A stretch of 64,000 nucleotides of DNA from an uncultured Mycoplasmatota bacterium (GCA_948329525.1 CAOJBM010000001.1:407-64406), one strand, 5' to 3'. Shown: positions 21,143-32,139, counted from the first letter of the stretch. The notes: a model not told the origin generated them from the sequence alone. Made by a program: numbers and translations.

Positions 21143-22450
21143 TCATTTCTCCTTTTTCAATATGTACTTGATTATTATATCATAATTTTCACTTTTATCA
21201 AATGAAGATTTTTTAATTCCTGGTATCCATAATATATTATCTTCATTATCCGTTAAAATTATAATCTTTTCTCTTTCATTAATAGGCACTTTTTCATCAA
21301 TTAAGATATCTTTAACTTTTTTTGTTCCATTAAGATTTTTTACTTTAATTCTATCCCCATTTTTTCTCGTTCTAACATGAAGAGGAAAAGTAATTTCCCT
21401 ACTATCTAATTTAATACAAAAATTAGAATTATCATCACTTTCATCTATTAAAGATATATCTCCAAAAGGTAAGGATAAATATTTATCTAGGATATAGTCA
21501 AATTCATATAGTTCATTTTTTTTATATGTAAAGATTAATTTCTTATAAGATTTTTCAATAATAAGACCAGAAGGAAAGTTTAAAATTCCATTACTTTTAT
21601 TTATTAAAATTAGAATACTTTGAACGTGTTTATCAGTAATTAGTTCTAAATTATCAATATATTGTAATCTTAATATTTCTTCAATTATCTTTCTTTTAAT
21701 TAGACTATCTTGGTTTTTAAAACTTTCTAAGTTATAGACACCATTACTATAATATTCTTTTATATTATTTTTTACTATTTTCTCTACATAATTATAATAT
21801 TCTAATAATTCACTACTAAATTTTAAATATTTTAAGTGAACATTTTTATTCTCATTTTTTATAAAAGGTAGTATATTATGACGATATCTATTTCTTGTAT
21901 AATCATCTTTAAAGTTACTTACATCGGTAACATACTTTATATTATTAGTTTTATTATATTCACTAATTTCTTCTTTTGTCACATATAAAAGTGGTCTTAA
22001 TATTTGATAATTTTTTCTTTTTGAAATTAACTCTATTCCCACATAACCCTTTAAGTTAGAACCTCTAGTAAGACGCATTAAAATAGTCTCTACTAAATCA
22101 TCACCATGATGGGCAGTAAGTAAGTATTTAGCTTGATATTTATTTACTATTTCATCAAAAAATTGATATCTTTTTTTCCTAAGTTCACTTTCATTATATT
22201 TCCCTTTATCAAAAGTAATTGTTTCAAATATAATCTTGTTCTTTAAACAGTAATCTTTAACAAATTTTTCTTCACTTTTAGATTCTTCTCTAATATTGTG
22301 ATTAATATGGGCACAAATAATATTCTTAAAAGGAATACTAATTTTTAGCATTTCTAAAAGACACATCGAGTCAGCTCCGCCTGATACTCCAATGACAATT
22401 TTATCATTATTACTAATATAAGTCTTAATAAAATCTAAACTATTTTTCAT
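21143..22450 (-). CDS. tilS: tRNA(Ile)-lysidine synthetase
   Basis: PP-loop IVIGVSGGADSMCLL; conserved tilS-ftsH adjacency. Confidence 0.85.
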   Translation of the reverse strand: MKNSLDFIKTYISNNDKIVIGVSGGADSMCLLEMLKISIPFKNIICAHINHNIREESKSEEKFVKDYCLKNKIIFETITFDKGKYNESELRKKRYQFFDEIVNKYQAKYLLTAHHGDDLVETILMRLTRGSNLKGYVGIELISKRKNYQILRPLLYVTKEEISEYNKTNNIKYVTDVSNFKDDYTRNRYRHNILPFIKNENKNVHLKYLKFSSELLEYYNYVEKIVKNNIKEYYSNGVYNLESFKNQDSLIKRKIIEEILRLQYIDNLELITDKHVQSILILINKSNGILNFPSGLIIEKSYKKLIFTYKKNELYEFDYILDKYLSLPFGDISLIDESDDNSNFCIKLDSREITFPLHVRTRKNGDRIKVKNLNGTKKVKDILIDEKVPINEREKIIILTDNEDNILWIPGIKKSSFDKSENYDIIIKYILKKEK

Positions 22451-22504
22451 GGAACACCACTTCTTCTTGTTGTATTCTACATAATTATTTCCTATTTGGC
22501 AATA

Positions 22505-23362
22505 TTATAATGCTTTATAATGATTAATTGTCTCATAAGAATTAGCTATTGTTATAAACATATTAGGATCAATTATTTTTAAAGCTTCCTTTATTTCATA
22601 ATAATCACTAGTTTTAATTACTGATAATATTAATTTTCTTTTCTTGTTGGTATAACCTCCTTCAGCATCAAGTAATGTAACATTATAATCATATTTATTA
22701 ATTAAGAATTTTTTAACTTCTTTAATTTTATTAGTAGTAATATAAAAATTCTTATAGTCATTAGCTCCAATCATTGATTTATTACTATAGATACTTAAAA
22801 AAACTAAACATATTGCCGAATAAATCATCTTTTCTATACCAAAAACTAATCCTCCAGCAATTACTACAAAGCCATCTACTAAAATAAGACAAGTACTCAT
22901 ACTAAGTTTGTAGTATTTACTAACAAGCTGATCGATAATATCTGTTCCACCTGAAGTAAAACCATGTTTAAAGACTAGTCCATAACCTATGCCAGATAAA
23001 ATACCCCCAAATAAACATTTAACAATTAGATCTACTTCGCTTAAGTCAATACTATTGCAAATATTACTAGTTAAATTAATAAATATAGGAAATAAGATTG
23101 AACCTAGAACTGTTCTTCCAGTTTGTTCTTTTCCTAAACATATATAACTAACAATAATTAAAAGAACATTGCATACTAAAATAAATTTAGATACTTCAAT
23201 ATTATATAATTTGCTAAATACTAAAGCTAAACCACTTATACCCCCAGCTGCTAAATCATTAGGGGATAAAAACAAGTTAAAAGAAATACTTACTAAAAGT
23301 ATACCCATTATTAAATAAAAATATTGTTTAATATAGACTTTTGTTTTCCTCATTATTTTCAC
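22505..23362 (-). CDS. YitT-family membrane protein (DUF161/DUF2179)
   Basis: 285 aa, 5-6 TM helices, C-terminal DUF2179-like soluble domain. Confidence 0.55.
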   Translation of the reverse strand: MKIMRKTKVYIKQYFYLIMGILLVSISFNLFLSPNDLAAGGISGLALVFSKLYNIEVSKFILVCNVLLIIVSYICLGKEQTGRTVLGSILFPIFINLTSNICNSIDLSEVDLIVKCLFGGILSGIGYGLVFKHGFTSGGTDIIDQLVSKYYKLSMSTCLILVDGFVVIAGGLVFGIEKMIYSAICLVFLSIYSNKSMIGANDYKNFYITTNKIKEVKKFLINKYDYNVTLLDAEGGYTNKKRKLILSVIKTSDYYEIKEALKIIDPNMFITIANSYETINHYKAL

Positions 23363-23540
23363 CTAGTATAATGATAACATAAAAATTAAGGCAAAAAAAG
23401 AAAAGTAATAAACTTTTAAACTTCTACTATTTCATTTATATTCAGTAAATCATCCTCGTAATAATTTTTCAATTTTATCTTCTTTTAACAATGCACTTAA
23501 TGTACTGATATCTGGACATTTTTTCGTTAAGTAAGTTTTA

Positions 23541-23867
23541 TTAATAAGATAGATAAAATAAAATACTAATTCTTTCTATAGCTGGCATATTCTTATTTGT
23601 TATATATTTTATTTTTGAAGAAAAATCTTTATAAGCTGATAAAATAATTCCAAGATAATATTCTACAAAGTATGAATAGTCATTTTTATTATTATGCCAA
23701 TTTATTGAACTATTTTCTAATGAATCATAATAAGTTTCTGTTGTTTCTTCTATTATTTTTTCAATACTAATATATTTACCAACTATATATCCAGCTTTAT
23801 ATAATAACAATAATGTCAATAATCTACTAATTCTGCCATTTCCATCTGCAAATGATACCTTAGTCAA
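23541..23867 (-). pseudogene. C-terminal fragment of a Fic-family protein, truncated immediately before the active-site motif
   Basis: It begins with (TTG)TKVSFADGNGRISRLL. That is the FxDGNGRxxR core of the Fic HPFx(D/E)GNGRxxR motif without the His-Pro, and there is an in-frame stop two codons upstream. It lies 15 bp from the stop of the serine recombinase gene. Confidence 0.55.
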
Positions 23868-23882
23868 CTTTTACTTTTAATG

Positions 23883-26024
23883 TTAAAATTGGTATCTCCA
23901 TTTAATAGTAATATCTCTATTATCAGTTTCTTTGTTATAATCACCAATATAAATTCTTTCAACAAATTCATTTAATATTTCTCTAGTAACTTCTTTTATT
24001 GAAGTATATTTTTCATATAACTTTCCAACTTCTTCAAAGTTATCTTCTGCTTGATCGTATTCATCTAATTGTTTATTAATAACTTCTAATCTTTGAGATA
24101 GATTACTTTTTTCAATTTTGAAATTTTCTTTAAACAATTTATATTCATCATAGTCTATTATACCAGTTTTTAAATCTTCATACATTCCTTGATAAATATT
24201 ATCTTTTTGAGCAATTTTCTTTTCAATATCTTTTTTTTCAATTCTTAAAGCTTCAACTTGATTATTAGTATCATCTCCAAGAACTTCTTTAATATTAATT
24301 TTATTCATAACAGATAAATCTTTATATTTTTCAATCCTATTATTTATACTTTCACAAATAATATTATCTAAAGCATCAACTCTTACACTTCGTGTATTAT
24401 TACAATCATGATATGGTTTACTCATTTCTGCACATCTAAAATATTCTACATCTTTATCATTTTTTGGAGATGATATTTTCTTAAAATTCTTATGACAACA
24501 ATCACATTCAATCATTCCAGAATACTTATTTTTTACCCCATGTCCTTTACAAGCACGAGCTTTATTTTCAATTACCTCTTGTGCCTTATTCCATGTAGCC
24601 ATATCAATAATTGGTTCATGAGTATTTTTACATACTATCCATTGTTCTTTTGGCAAATAAATAACTTTCTTATTTTTGTAACTTGGTGTTGTTGTTCTAC
24701 TTTGAGCTAAATGACCTATATAAACAACATCATTCAATATTCTTCTAACAGTAGTTCTTCCCCATACATGTTCTTTGCTCTCTTTGTTATATTTTGCATT
24801 TAAACCTTGCGACAACTTATATTCATAAGGACATGGAATATTATGTTCTTTCAAGTAAGTAATAATTTTATAAACTCCATAACCTTCATAAGCATATAAT
24901 TCAAATATCTTCTTTACAACAACACTTGCAACTGGATCTAGTATTAAATGATTTTTGTCATCTGGATCTTTCATATATCCATAAGGTGCAAATGGTCCTG
25001 TAAACTGTCCATTAGCATGTTTATCTTTGAATACATCTCTAATATTTTCAGATAAATCCTCTAAATACCATTCATTAATAAGACCATTTATTTGTCTTGA
25101 TTTTTTATTACCTTTTACTACTGTATCAGCATTATCAACTTTACCAACAAAACGAATCCCCCATTGTGGAAACAATCCATGTATATATTTTTCAACATGC
25201 TCCATATCACGAGTAAATCTAGATTGCATTTTACATAATACAATATCAGTTTTACCAACTTCACAGAATCTTAAACACTTATTATATTCTGGTCTATCAT
25301 TATCAACACCAGAGTAATCTTCATCACAAAATATTGCTACAACAATCCATCTATTAGCTTTAGCATGTTTTAATAACATAGATAATTGATTTTTAATACT
25401 TTCACTTAATTCTTCTGGAGTTTTTTTATCTTTATCTTCTTCTGATAATCTTACATAAAGAATGACATTTTTACCATACCAGTTATATTCAGAATTATAT
25501 ATTTCTCTTACATAAGCAGCTCTTTTTTTAATTTCAAAGCTTGGATCTAAAAATCTTTCATCATTTTTAATATCAAGATTTAATAAATTAATTATACTTG
25601 GAGAAACATATTCCAATTTACATTCATCCATCAAATCTTTAAGTTGTTGATTTCTTCTACTTGCAATTGTATCTTCTGTTTTTCTTTCTGATATAGCTTT
25701 TAACTTAATATTTATTTGATTTAAGTTGCCAATAAAAGTATTAAACTTATCTTTTGCCTCACTAATTATTTCATTGTATGTAGTTAATACAAGACTTACT
25801 GATTTTTCTTTTAACTCTGAAACCATCTTATTAAGGTTGATTCTTTGTATTTCATCTCCAATATAATAACCATCTTTGTATATTCCACAAACATCATATT
25901 TTAATTCATTAGCATAATCTAATAAAGTTGTAGTACGTTTACTTAATACACTTTCAATTTCTTCTGAACTTAATGCTTTATTTTCTTCATCTGTTAATCC
26001 TACATATAATACCACCTTTTCCAT
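23883..26024 (-). CDS. Large serine recombinase (integrase) with a duplicated N-terminal resolvase-like domain
   Basis: Catalytic YVRLSEED motif; recombinase domain HEPIIDMATWNKAQEVIE; CxxC/CxxC zinc-ribbon region; coiled-coil C-terminus. A degenerate upstream copy reads LYVGLTDEEN. ATG with GGTGAT RBS at 26024 is preferred over the ORF-track start at 26078. Confidence 0.85.
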   Translation of the reverse strand: MEKVVLYVGLTDEENKALSSEEIESVLSKRTTTLLDYANELKYDVCGIYKDGYYIGDEIQRINLNKMVSELKEKSVSLVLTTYNEIISEAKDKFNTFIGNLNQINIKLKAISERKTEDTIASRRNQQLKDLMDECKLEYVSPSIINLLNLDIKNDERFLDPSFEIKKRAAYVREIYNSEYNWYGKNVILYVRLSEEDKDKKTPEELSESIKNQLSMLLKHAKANRWIVVAIFCDEDYSGVDNDRPEYNKCLRFCEVGKTDIVLCKMQSRFTRDMEHVEKYIHGLFPQWGIRFVGKVDNADTVVKGNKKSRQINGLINEWYLEDLSENIRDVFKDKHANGQFTGPFAPYGYMKDPDDKNHLILDPVASVVVKKIFELYAYEGYGVYKIITYLKEHNIPCPYEYKLSQGLNAKYNKESKEHVWGRTTVRRILNDVVYIGHLAQSRTTTPSYKNKKVIYLPKEQWIVCKNTHEPIIDMATWNKAQEVIENKARACKGHGVKNKYSGMIECDCCHKNFKKISSPKNDKDVEYFRCAEMSKPYHDCNNTRSVRVDALDNIICESINNRIEKYKDLSVMNKINIKEVLGDDTNNQVEALRIEKKDIEKKIAQKDNIYQGMYEDLKTGIIDYDEYKLFKENFKIEKSNLSQRLEVINKQLDEYDQAEDNFEEVGKLYEKYTSIKEVTREILNEFVERIYIGDYNKETDNRDITIKWRYQF

Positions 26025-26267
26025 TAGTACATCACCATCCTTATATGGCGACATACCATAGCAAAATTGCTTACACATATATTATAACGTAAAAGCTTGT
26101 TTTTTTCAGCCATTATTAGCTTATTTTTGCTAGATATTTCAAAATAACTTTAACCAATTGTTTGTTTACACTTTCTTTTATTTCATTTTCACTTTTATTG
26201 TTTGGTTCTATTTCATAAACCACAAAATTTCCTTTCATTCAACATACCCCCTATTATTCTTTTTTAT

Positions 26268-26873
26268 TTAATAATTTACTTCATCAATTAGTTTTCCTTC
26301 TATAACTATTTGATAACCTTTTTTATTCTGATTACAAGTAATTAAAGTTATATATTTATCATCTTTTAAGTTTATAACTTTAGCTTTACCTATCTTTTCT
26401 ATATCATGTATATTAATAATATTATAATGATATTTAATACCATTAAAATAAACATATACATCATCATTAATTTCTAACTTATATAATTTATTAAAAAAAG
26501 CAATACTACTATTGCCTGAATGTGAATATAAAATGAAATTACCTTTTTCATTTGGATAATTACTACTATTATCTACACTAATAGCATAATTAATTGATTT
26601 AAAGTTTTTTGTACTATCTACTACTCCTCGTTTTAAATTAATTTTAGGAATTTCTAAAACAGCTGTATAAGCAATATTACTATTAGTATTTTGAATATTA
26701 GATAATTCTTGTTCTGAATTGGTTGGTTCATCTATTTCATCTATAACAGAAGTTTCTTCAATATAATTTTTTATATCATCATTATTTTTATATTCCAAAG
26801 ATTTATTATAAGCATAATAAAATGCTAAGACCATTACTCCCACTAAAATAAATAGTTTACCTAATTTTCTCAT
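26268..26873 (-). CDS. Sortase-family transpeptidase (ICE-encoded)
   Basis: Signal/TM anchor, His motif (ILYSHSG), catalytic TLITC motif, 201 aa. Confidence 0.55.
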   Translation of the reverse strand: MRKLGKLFILVGVMVLAFYYAYNKSLEYKNNDDIKNYIEETSVIDEIDEPTNSEQELSNIQNTNSNIAYTAVLEIPKINLKRGVVDSTKNFKSINYAISVDNSSNYPNEKGNFILYSHSGNSSIAFFNKLYKLEINDDVYVYFNGIKYHYNIINIHDIEKIGKAKVINLKDDKYITLITCNQNKKGYQIVIEGKLIDEVNY

Positions 26874-29176
26874 ATTTTTTTCTCCTTTGTATTATCCCAA
26901 ATAGTAATTTTTGTTGTTCCTTTATTTATATTGTTAGATACAGCAAATGTATAATTTGATTTTGTGTAATTTTCAATTGCTTGAATATCACGCTCATTTA
27001 TGACTTTATTGATAAATAAAATATAATTATCATTATTTTTGCTAATCGTTGTATCATAATTAGCAAATATACTATTTTTAAAATTATCTATTATTTCATT
27101 ATCAACTAGTTCATCATCTTCTACTACTTGAGATTGCATACTTTTAGTAGCTTTATTAATTTGTCTTTGAATATTCTGTTGAAATTGTTCTTGCATATTT
27201 TTAGCTACTTGATTCAATGCTTTTTCATTTTTATTTTGATAATTACTCTTTAGTTCTTCAACTGTATAATAATTACTAGTAATTCTTTTTAAAACTTTAG
27301 TTTCTCTATCTATTCCATTTAAATTTTTATAACTTGGAAACAAATCACTATACATATAAGTATCCCTAAAAATTGGATTACTAATTGTTGGAAAAATAAT
27401 TGTTTTATACTTTAAGGCAATTATTTCTGTTGCTGTTAATAATTCTTTTCCCATAAGTGAAATTGTTTTATTTGCTCCAACTTTCATTGGATCTGTACTT
27501 CTACTCATTGAATTTGTTTCAACAGTAGCACGACCTAATTTTTTTGAGATAATTTCTGCTGTCTCAACTGTATTTGTTTTTAGATAAACTAAAGCACAGT
27601 TATCTTGAATAATACTAGCAACATCTTTCCCATATACTTGTGAAAGTTGCCCATAACTTTGAATAAAAAATTGAAATCTCATTCGCCTGCTTCTAGCTAC
27701 TGAGACTAGTGTTTCTATCGAGTTTAAAGGAGGACAATTTGCGAATTCATCAAGAATCCACTCTACCATAACTGGTAGTTGTCCTTTGTTTTCTGGTAAG
27801 TTAGCAAATCTAGTTAAGTCTTTTGTTAACATTCCTATAATAATAGTAACTAATTGAAAGTATGCTTTGTCCTCATCTGGTACAATTATATATAAAACTG
27901 TTGGTTTACTTCCTAAATCAGTAAAATTAAATTCATTTGAACTTGTAACATTTTCTACATTTAAATCATCAAATATTGCCATTTTCTCTGCAAATACTGC
28001 TGTAATTGATTTATATGTATTTTCTGCAGCTGATAAAATTGAAGTTAAATGATCTTTAGATAAACTTCCATACTTACGACTATTAACATTTTTTTGCAAG
28101 AAAGTTTGATTTTCTTTAATTAATGAAGAGTTTTGAAACTTTTTAATACTGGAAATATTTATCTTATTTTCTGGAATTAGTCCTAATTGATAATCTTCTA
28201 AAAATACTCCTACAATACCTATAAATAATTGTTTCGCACTATTTATCCAAAATTTATCATTTGTATCTTTATCTACAAAAATTAAATCTGCAAGTGAGAT
28301 AACTAATCTATTTGTTTCTGCTTGATGTTTAGAACTCATGTTTTGATATTCTCTAATCATTAACATAAGTTCATCATTTGATTTAGTAAATAAATAATCT
28401 TTTAAAGATATATTATCTTCTAATTTTTCTTGTAGTATACCTTTTAGATACATCTTTTTATCACTAATTAAATCATTCAAATATTTTTGATTATTTATAA
28501 TAATATCAATTAGATATTCTTCTAGCACATACTTATCTTTAATCTTATTTAAATATTTCTCATCACTAATATTATCTAACTTAATTCTATTAAATTTAAT
28601 AAAATGAGCAAAAAGAAAAAGCATTGCATCATTATATTTACAATACTCTTTCCACTCATTTATAATTGGTTGCATTATATTTATTTTATTAGATTTATTT
28701 GGATTTCTAAAATCTATGGTTACAACATCATAGCCATTGTCTTTAAATACCTTACTAGTCGCATTAAAGATTTCTGCTTTTGGATCTGTAACCACTACAC
28801 TATGTTTTTCTTTAGCAGTTGCAAACATAAAACATTCTGGTATTACAACTGTTACTGACTTACCACTCCCAGTTGAACCAATGAGCAAATAATGTGGACT
28901 TTTATTATCAAAATACACACTTTCAAATTTATTATTTTTCTTTTCATACCAAACAGGAAAACCAACACTATTTATATTATTTATATCTTCTTTTACGAAG
29001 TTTCTTTCAATTTCTTTCATATCTGCAAATTTACTAGATCCATGTTCATTTTTATTTTCCAATTTTCTTTTATTTAATCTTGGCTCTAAAAATAAAATAA
29101 AAAATATAGCAAAAATCACTAATAATAATATAAATAATTCAATAGAAGTCATTGGAGCAAATTTTACACTATCCAT
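26870..29176 (-). CDS. FtsK/SpoIIIE-family conjugative coupling protein / DNA translocase (TcpA/Orf21-like)
   Basis: N-terminal TM helix, Walker A LLIGSTGSGKS, 768 aa. Confidence 0.75.
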   Translation of the reverse strand: MDSVKFAPMTSIELFILLLVIFAIFFILFLEPRLNKRKLENKNEHGSSKFADMKEIERNFVKEDINNINSVGFPVWYEKKNNKFESVYFDNKSPHYLLIGSTGSGKSVTVVIPECFMFATAKEKHSVVVTDPKAEIFNATSKVFKDNGYDVVTIDFRNPNKSNKINIMQPIINEWKEYCKYNDAMLFLFAHFIKFNRIKLDNISDEKYLNKIKDKYVLEEYLIDIIINNQKYLNDLISDKKMYLKGILQEKLEDNISLKDYLFTKSNDELMLMIREYQNMSSKHQAETNRLVISLADLIFVDKDTNDKFWINSAKQLFIGIVGVFLEDYQLGLIPENKINISSIKKFQNSSLIKENQTFLQKNVNSRKYGSLSKDHLTSILSAAENTYKSITAVFAEKMAIFDDLNVENVTSSNEFNFTDLGSKPTVLYIIVPDEDKAYFQLVTIIIGMLTKDLTRFANLPENKGQLPVMVEWILDEFANCPPLNSIETLVSVARSRRMRFQFFIQSYGQLSQVYGKDVASIIQDNCALVYLKTNTVETAEIISKKLGRATVETNSMSRSTDPMKVGANKTISLMGKELLTATEIIALKYKTIIFPTISNPIFRDTYMYSDLFPSYKNLNGIDRETKVLKRITSNYYTVEELKSNYQNKNEKALNQVAKNMQEQFQQNIQRQINKATKSMQSQVVEDDELVDNEIIDNFKNSIFANYDTTISKNNDNYILFINKVINERDIQAIENYTKSNYTFAVSNNINKGTTKITIWDNTKEKKI

Positions 29177-29177
29177 T

Positions 29178-29801
29178 TTATATTATTAGCTCCATATCTT
29201 CTTTAGAAATATCTAATGAATCATTATTTTCTTTTTCTAATGATAATTCCTTAATTTCAATATTAAATCGTTCCCTATTTTCTTTTGTAATATTAGAAAA
29301 ATCATTATATATTTTTTTGAAATTTTTACAATACTTATCAATATTTGGAACATAAGGACTATACTCAAAATTATTTTTATTAACCTTCAAAATATATCCT
29401 AAAGAAGAATTTAGATAATACTTACCTTCTTTTTTTTCTTCTAAATAACCTTTAAAAACCTCATAATAAGGTTTTAATATTTCTATATTGTTTCCTTCTT
29501 GATAAGGTAAATCCCACAAATCAGATGTGCTTATATTATTATCTTTACAATACTCATAAAACTTATTTTCTGCATATCTCCACTTTTCATTAACACTTCC
29601 ACTTAATTGCAAAGAACCACCAATTATATCGTGAAATAAATATAATTCTCTATTTTTAATCTTTTCTTCATCATATTTTCCATCAGGTAAAAATTCCCAC
29701 CTTGAAAAAGACCTAGGCCACACATTATTGCAGGCACTAGTTATAAATATTTTATTATCTTTTTTTCTATGACTAATACTTTTTACAATTTCATAACTCA
29801 C
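29178..29801 (-). CDS. Hypothetical protein (207 aa)
   Basis: ORF coupled (1-nt gap) to the coupling-protein gene. Confidence 0.35.
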   Translation of the reverse strand: MSYEIVKSISHRKKDNKIFITSACNNVWPRSFSRWEFLPDGKYDEEKIKNRELYLFHDIIGGSLQLSGSVNEKWRYAENKFYEYCKDNNISTSDLWDLPYQEGNNIEILKPYYEVFKGYLEEKKEGKYYLNSSLGYILKVNKNNFEYSPYVPNIDKYCKNFKKIYNDFSNITKENRERFNIEIKELSLEKENNDSLDISKEDMELII

Positions 29802-29817
29802 TATCTCTCTACCCCTT

Positions 29818-30249
29818 TTACATTTCTAGTTCTTTATCTTTTCCAAATAACCAATCTTGTGCTTCTTTTTCAGAAGAAAATTCTTCAACCCAACAATCAC
29901 CAGAAGTATTATCAATTGCCACATATACATTATCTTCTTTACAGTATAATAAATCTCCTTTAAATGTTTGTTCTTTATGATTAACCCAATTATTAATATA
30001 CTCACTTGCAATTTCTTCACTTACAAAACTTATTTTTTCATTATCAAAATAAAATTCTTCTGATTCATCATCACAACAATACAAAGATTCATTTTCATTA
30101 CTTAAAATCATCATAGAAGCATAATTATTATCTTTATATAATTTTCTAGCACTTTTTAAAGCTATTTCAAAATCTTCATAAGTTTCATCATAAATAAAAC
30201 TTTCGCCTGATTCCCTATGCCAATCTGTTTCCCATATTTCAATTTTCAT
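29818..30249 (-). CDS. Hypothetical small acidic protein
   Basis: 143 aa, strongly acidic (Asp/Glu-rich). Confidence 0.35.
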   Translation of the reverse strand: MKIEIWETDWHRESGESFIYDETYEDFEIALKSARKLYKDNNYASMMILSNENESLYCCDDESEEFYFDNEKISFVSEEIASEYINNWVNHKEQTFKGDLLYCKEDNVYVAIDNTSGDCWVEEFSSEKEAQDWLFGKDKELEM

Positions 30250-30252
30250 AAC

Positions 30253-30879
30253 TTAATACTCCAAATCATTATTTTTAGATATTTCAAGCATAGTATCAAT
30301 ATTATCAATAACAGATTCTATTTTGTCTCCTGCTCTTAATCTAAGTTCTACATCATTAACAATTAAATTATATTTGCCATCTGAAATTTCTTCTGTATAT
30401 ATGTTATCAACATTAATATTAAATTTTTCAAACAATTCCTTATAGTAATTTGAAAAGCTAGACATATAATCGCTTTCTTCATCAGAGCCAAAATCATCAA
30501 ACGGAACAACTCTATTGAAATCTATTCCATAATCATCTGATACATCTAAAATAGGTTGTATTTTTTCTTCATAATATTTAATGGTATCATCAATTGATGA
30601 TCTATCTTTAAGTTCAATGTTCAAAAATTTATCAGAATAGTCTCCTACCTTAATACTTATTTCTCTACAATCATAGCTTACATTATCTCTACCAATATTA
30701 CTAAAATTTAAATCAACTAAAATAGAAGCATAACGTTGATGTTCTGCTCCTTCACTCATATAATAACATTCTGTATAAAATTTCTTTGCTTCATCTTTAT
30801 TATTAAAAACATCTAATCTATCATAACAAATTGTATATACTTTATCATTTTTACAGTTCATTTCCATTATCCACCTCAT
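30253..30879 (-). CDS. Hypothetical acidic protein
   Basis: 208 aa, acidic; overlapping start with the neighbour. Confidence 0.35.
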   Translation of the reverse strand: MRWIMEMNCKNDKVYTICYDRLDVFNNKDEAKKFYTECYYMSEGAEHQRYASILVDLNFSNIGRDNVSYDCREISIKVGDYSDKFLNIELKDRSSIDDTIKYYEEKIQPILDVSDDYGIDFNRVVPFDDFGSDEESDYMSSFSNYYKELFEKFNINVDNIYTEEISDGKYNLIVNDVELRLRAGDKIESVIDNIDTMLEISKNNDLEY

Positions 30880-31408
30880 AACTTTCTTCTTTTAGTTCTA
30901 TTAAGCTATTTTGATAAGATTTATATAGATTATCACAAACTTTATTAAATTTTATTACAATTGGTTGGAGCATTAAAACATTTTTAGAAAAAATAGTTGA
31001 ATCTAAATTTATTTCATTACATATATCCAACGATTTTTCTATTATTTCATCTTTAACACTATCATCATAAATATTATAACCTTTAGATTTATAATATTTT
31101 GTTAAATCTATTTCAGCTTCTTCTGTTAAAATATCCCCTAATTCATCTTCTGCACGTAAATAAGGCATTATTTTTTCAATGTCTTTTGATGAAAATATAT
31201 CAAATAAATTTTTTCTAATATCACCTTTTAAACTGCGCCAAGGCATAAAATCTTTTTTATAAAAATCGTTTATATACATCAATGTTTTTTTCTGTATAAA
31301 TGGCATACCTTTATAATCAGTCTTTGGTTCATGTATTTTTAGAAATTCTTCATATTCTAATATAGCTAGGTAATAATTATTTACAATATCATTCAATTCA
31401 TTACTCAT
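30851..31408 (-). CDS. Hypothetical protein
   Basis: 185 aa. Confidence 0.35.
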   Translation of the reverse strand: MSNELNDIVNNYYLAILEYEEFLKIHEPKTDYKGMPFIQKKTLMYINDFYKKDFMPWRSLKGDIRKNLFDIFSSKDIEKIMPYLRAEDELGDILTEEAEIDLTKYYKSKGYNIYDDSVKDEIIEKSLDICNEINLDSTIFSKNVLMLQPIVIKFNKVCDNLYKSYQNSLIELKEESYEVDNGNEL

Positions 31409-32139
31409 TGTATTTCAAACCCACTTTCATAACTTGTTTCCAGATTTAAATTTCTATCATCAATAAAGCGAGTTTCTAAATCACCATATCCAATAATTCT
31501 ATAATCTGATTCAATTATTTTGTTATCATTTGTTATATATTCTCCACCAAATACTTCTACTACTTCCTCTAAGCCATATTTTTTTATTTCATTTTCTAAA
31601 TCATCCAAATCCTTTTCAGAATAATGTTCAGAATAATACTCTTTCCAATCTTCACTTGTTATATGACACATTGTAGCATCAGATTCACGTACATAATCAT
31701 ATACTTCTTTTAATAGTGGAGAAACTTTACTTATTTTAGGTAAAGATATGTATTCTTCAAATGCTGATGCAACTAATACAGCAATTGCATTTTTTAGTTC
31801 ATTTTCACTTAATGGATTATTTAGATTTCCAGTTAAATTTCTAATTGTATCTTCATCATAACTTGCTATAACATTGCCTTGGTTAATTTCTCCTTTACCT
31901 ATTTCAACATCTGCTCTATAATCATCATAATCAGTTTTCCAAACATCTAACACATTTACATTAACAACTTTTATTTCTTTATTGAACCATTTTTCAAAGT
32001 CTATCCAATTATTAGAATTATATATAATTTGATCTAATCTTAATTCTGGATGATGTACATTAATATATGTATCAATACTACGCCACTTTTCTTCTCCAAT
32101 ATCTTTTCTAATTTTTTCATACTCTTGTAATATACTCAA
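31405..32139 (-). CDS. Hypothetical acidic protein
   Basis: 244 aa, acidic; 4-nt overlap coupling. Confidence 0.35.
   Translation of the reverse strand: MSILQEYEKIRKDIGEEKWRSIDTYINVHHPELRLDQIIYNSNNWIDFEKWFNKEIKVVNVNVLDVWKTDYDDYRADVEIGKGEINQGNVIASYDEDTIRNLTGNLNNPLSENELKNAIAVLVASAFEEYISLPKISKVSPLLKEVYDYVRESDATMCHITSEDWKEYYSEHYSEKDLDDLENEIKKYGLEEVVEVFGGEYITNDNKIIESDYRIIGYGDLETRFIDDRNLNLETSYESGFEIQ

Noticed and set aside
24492-25317. Plus-strand ORFs 24492-24710 and 25027-25317
   Set aside because: They are antisense within the serine recombinase gene and have no RBS.
29826-30020. 64-aa minus-strand ORF
   Set aside because: It is nested in another frame of the 143-aa acidic ORF, and the longer frame is preferred.
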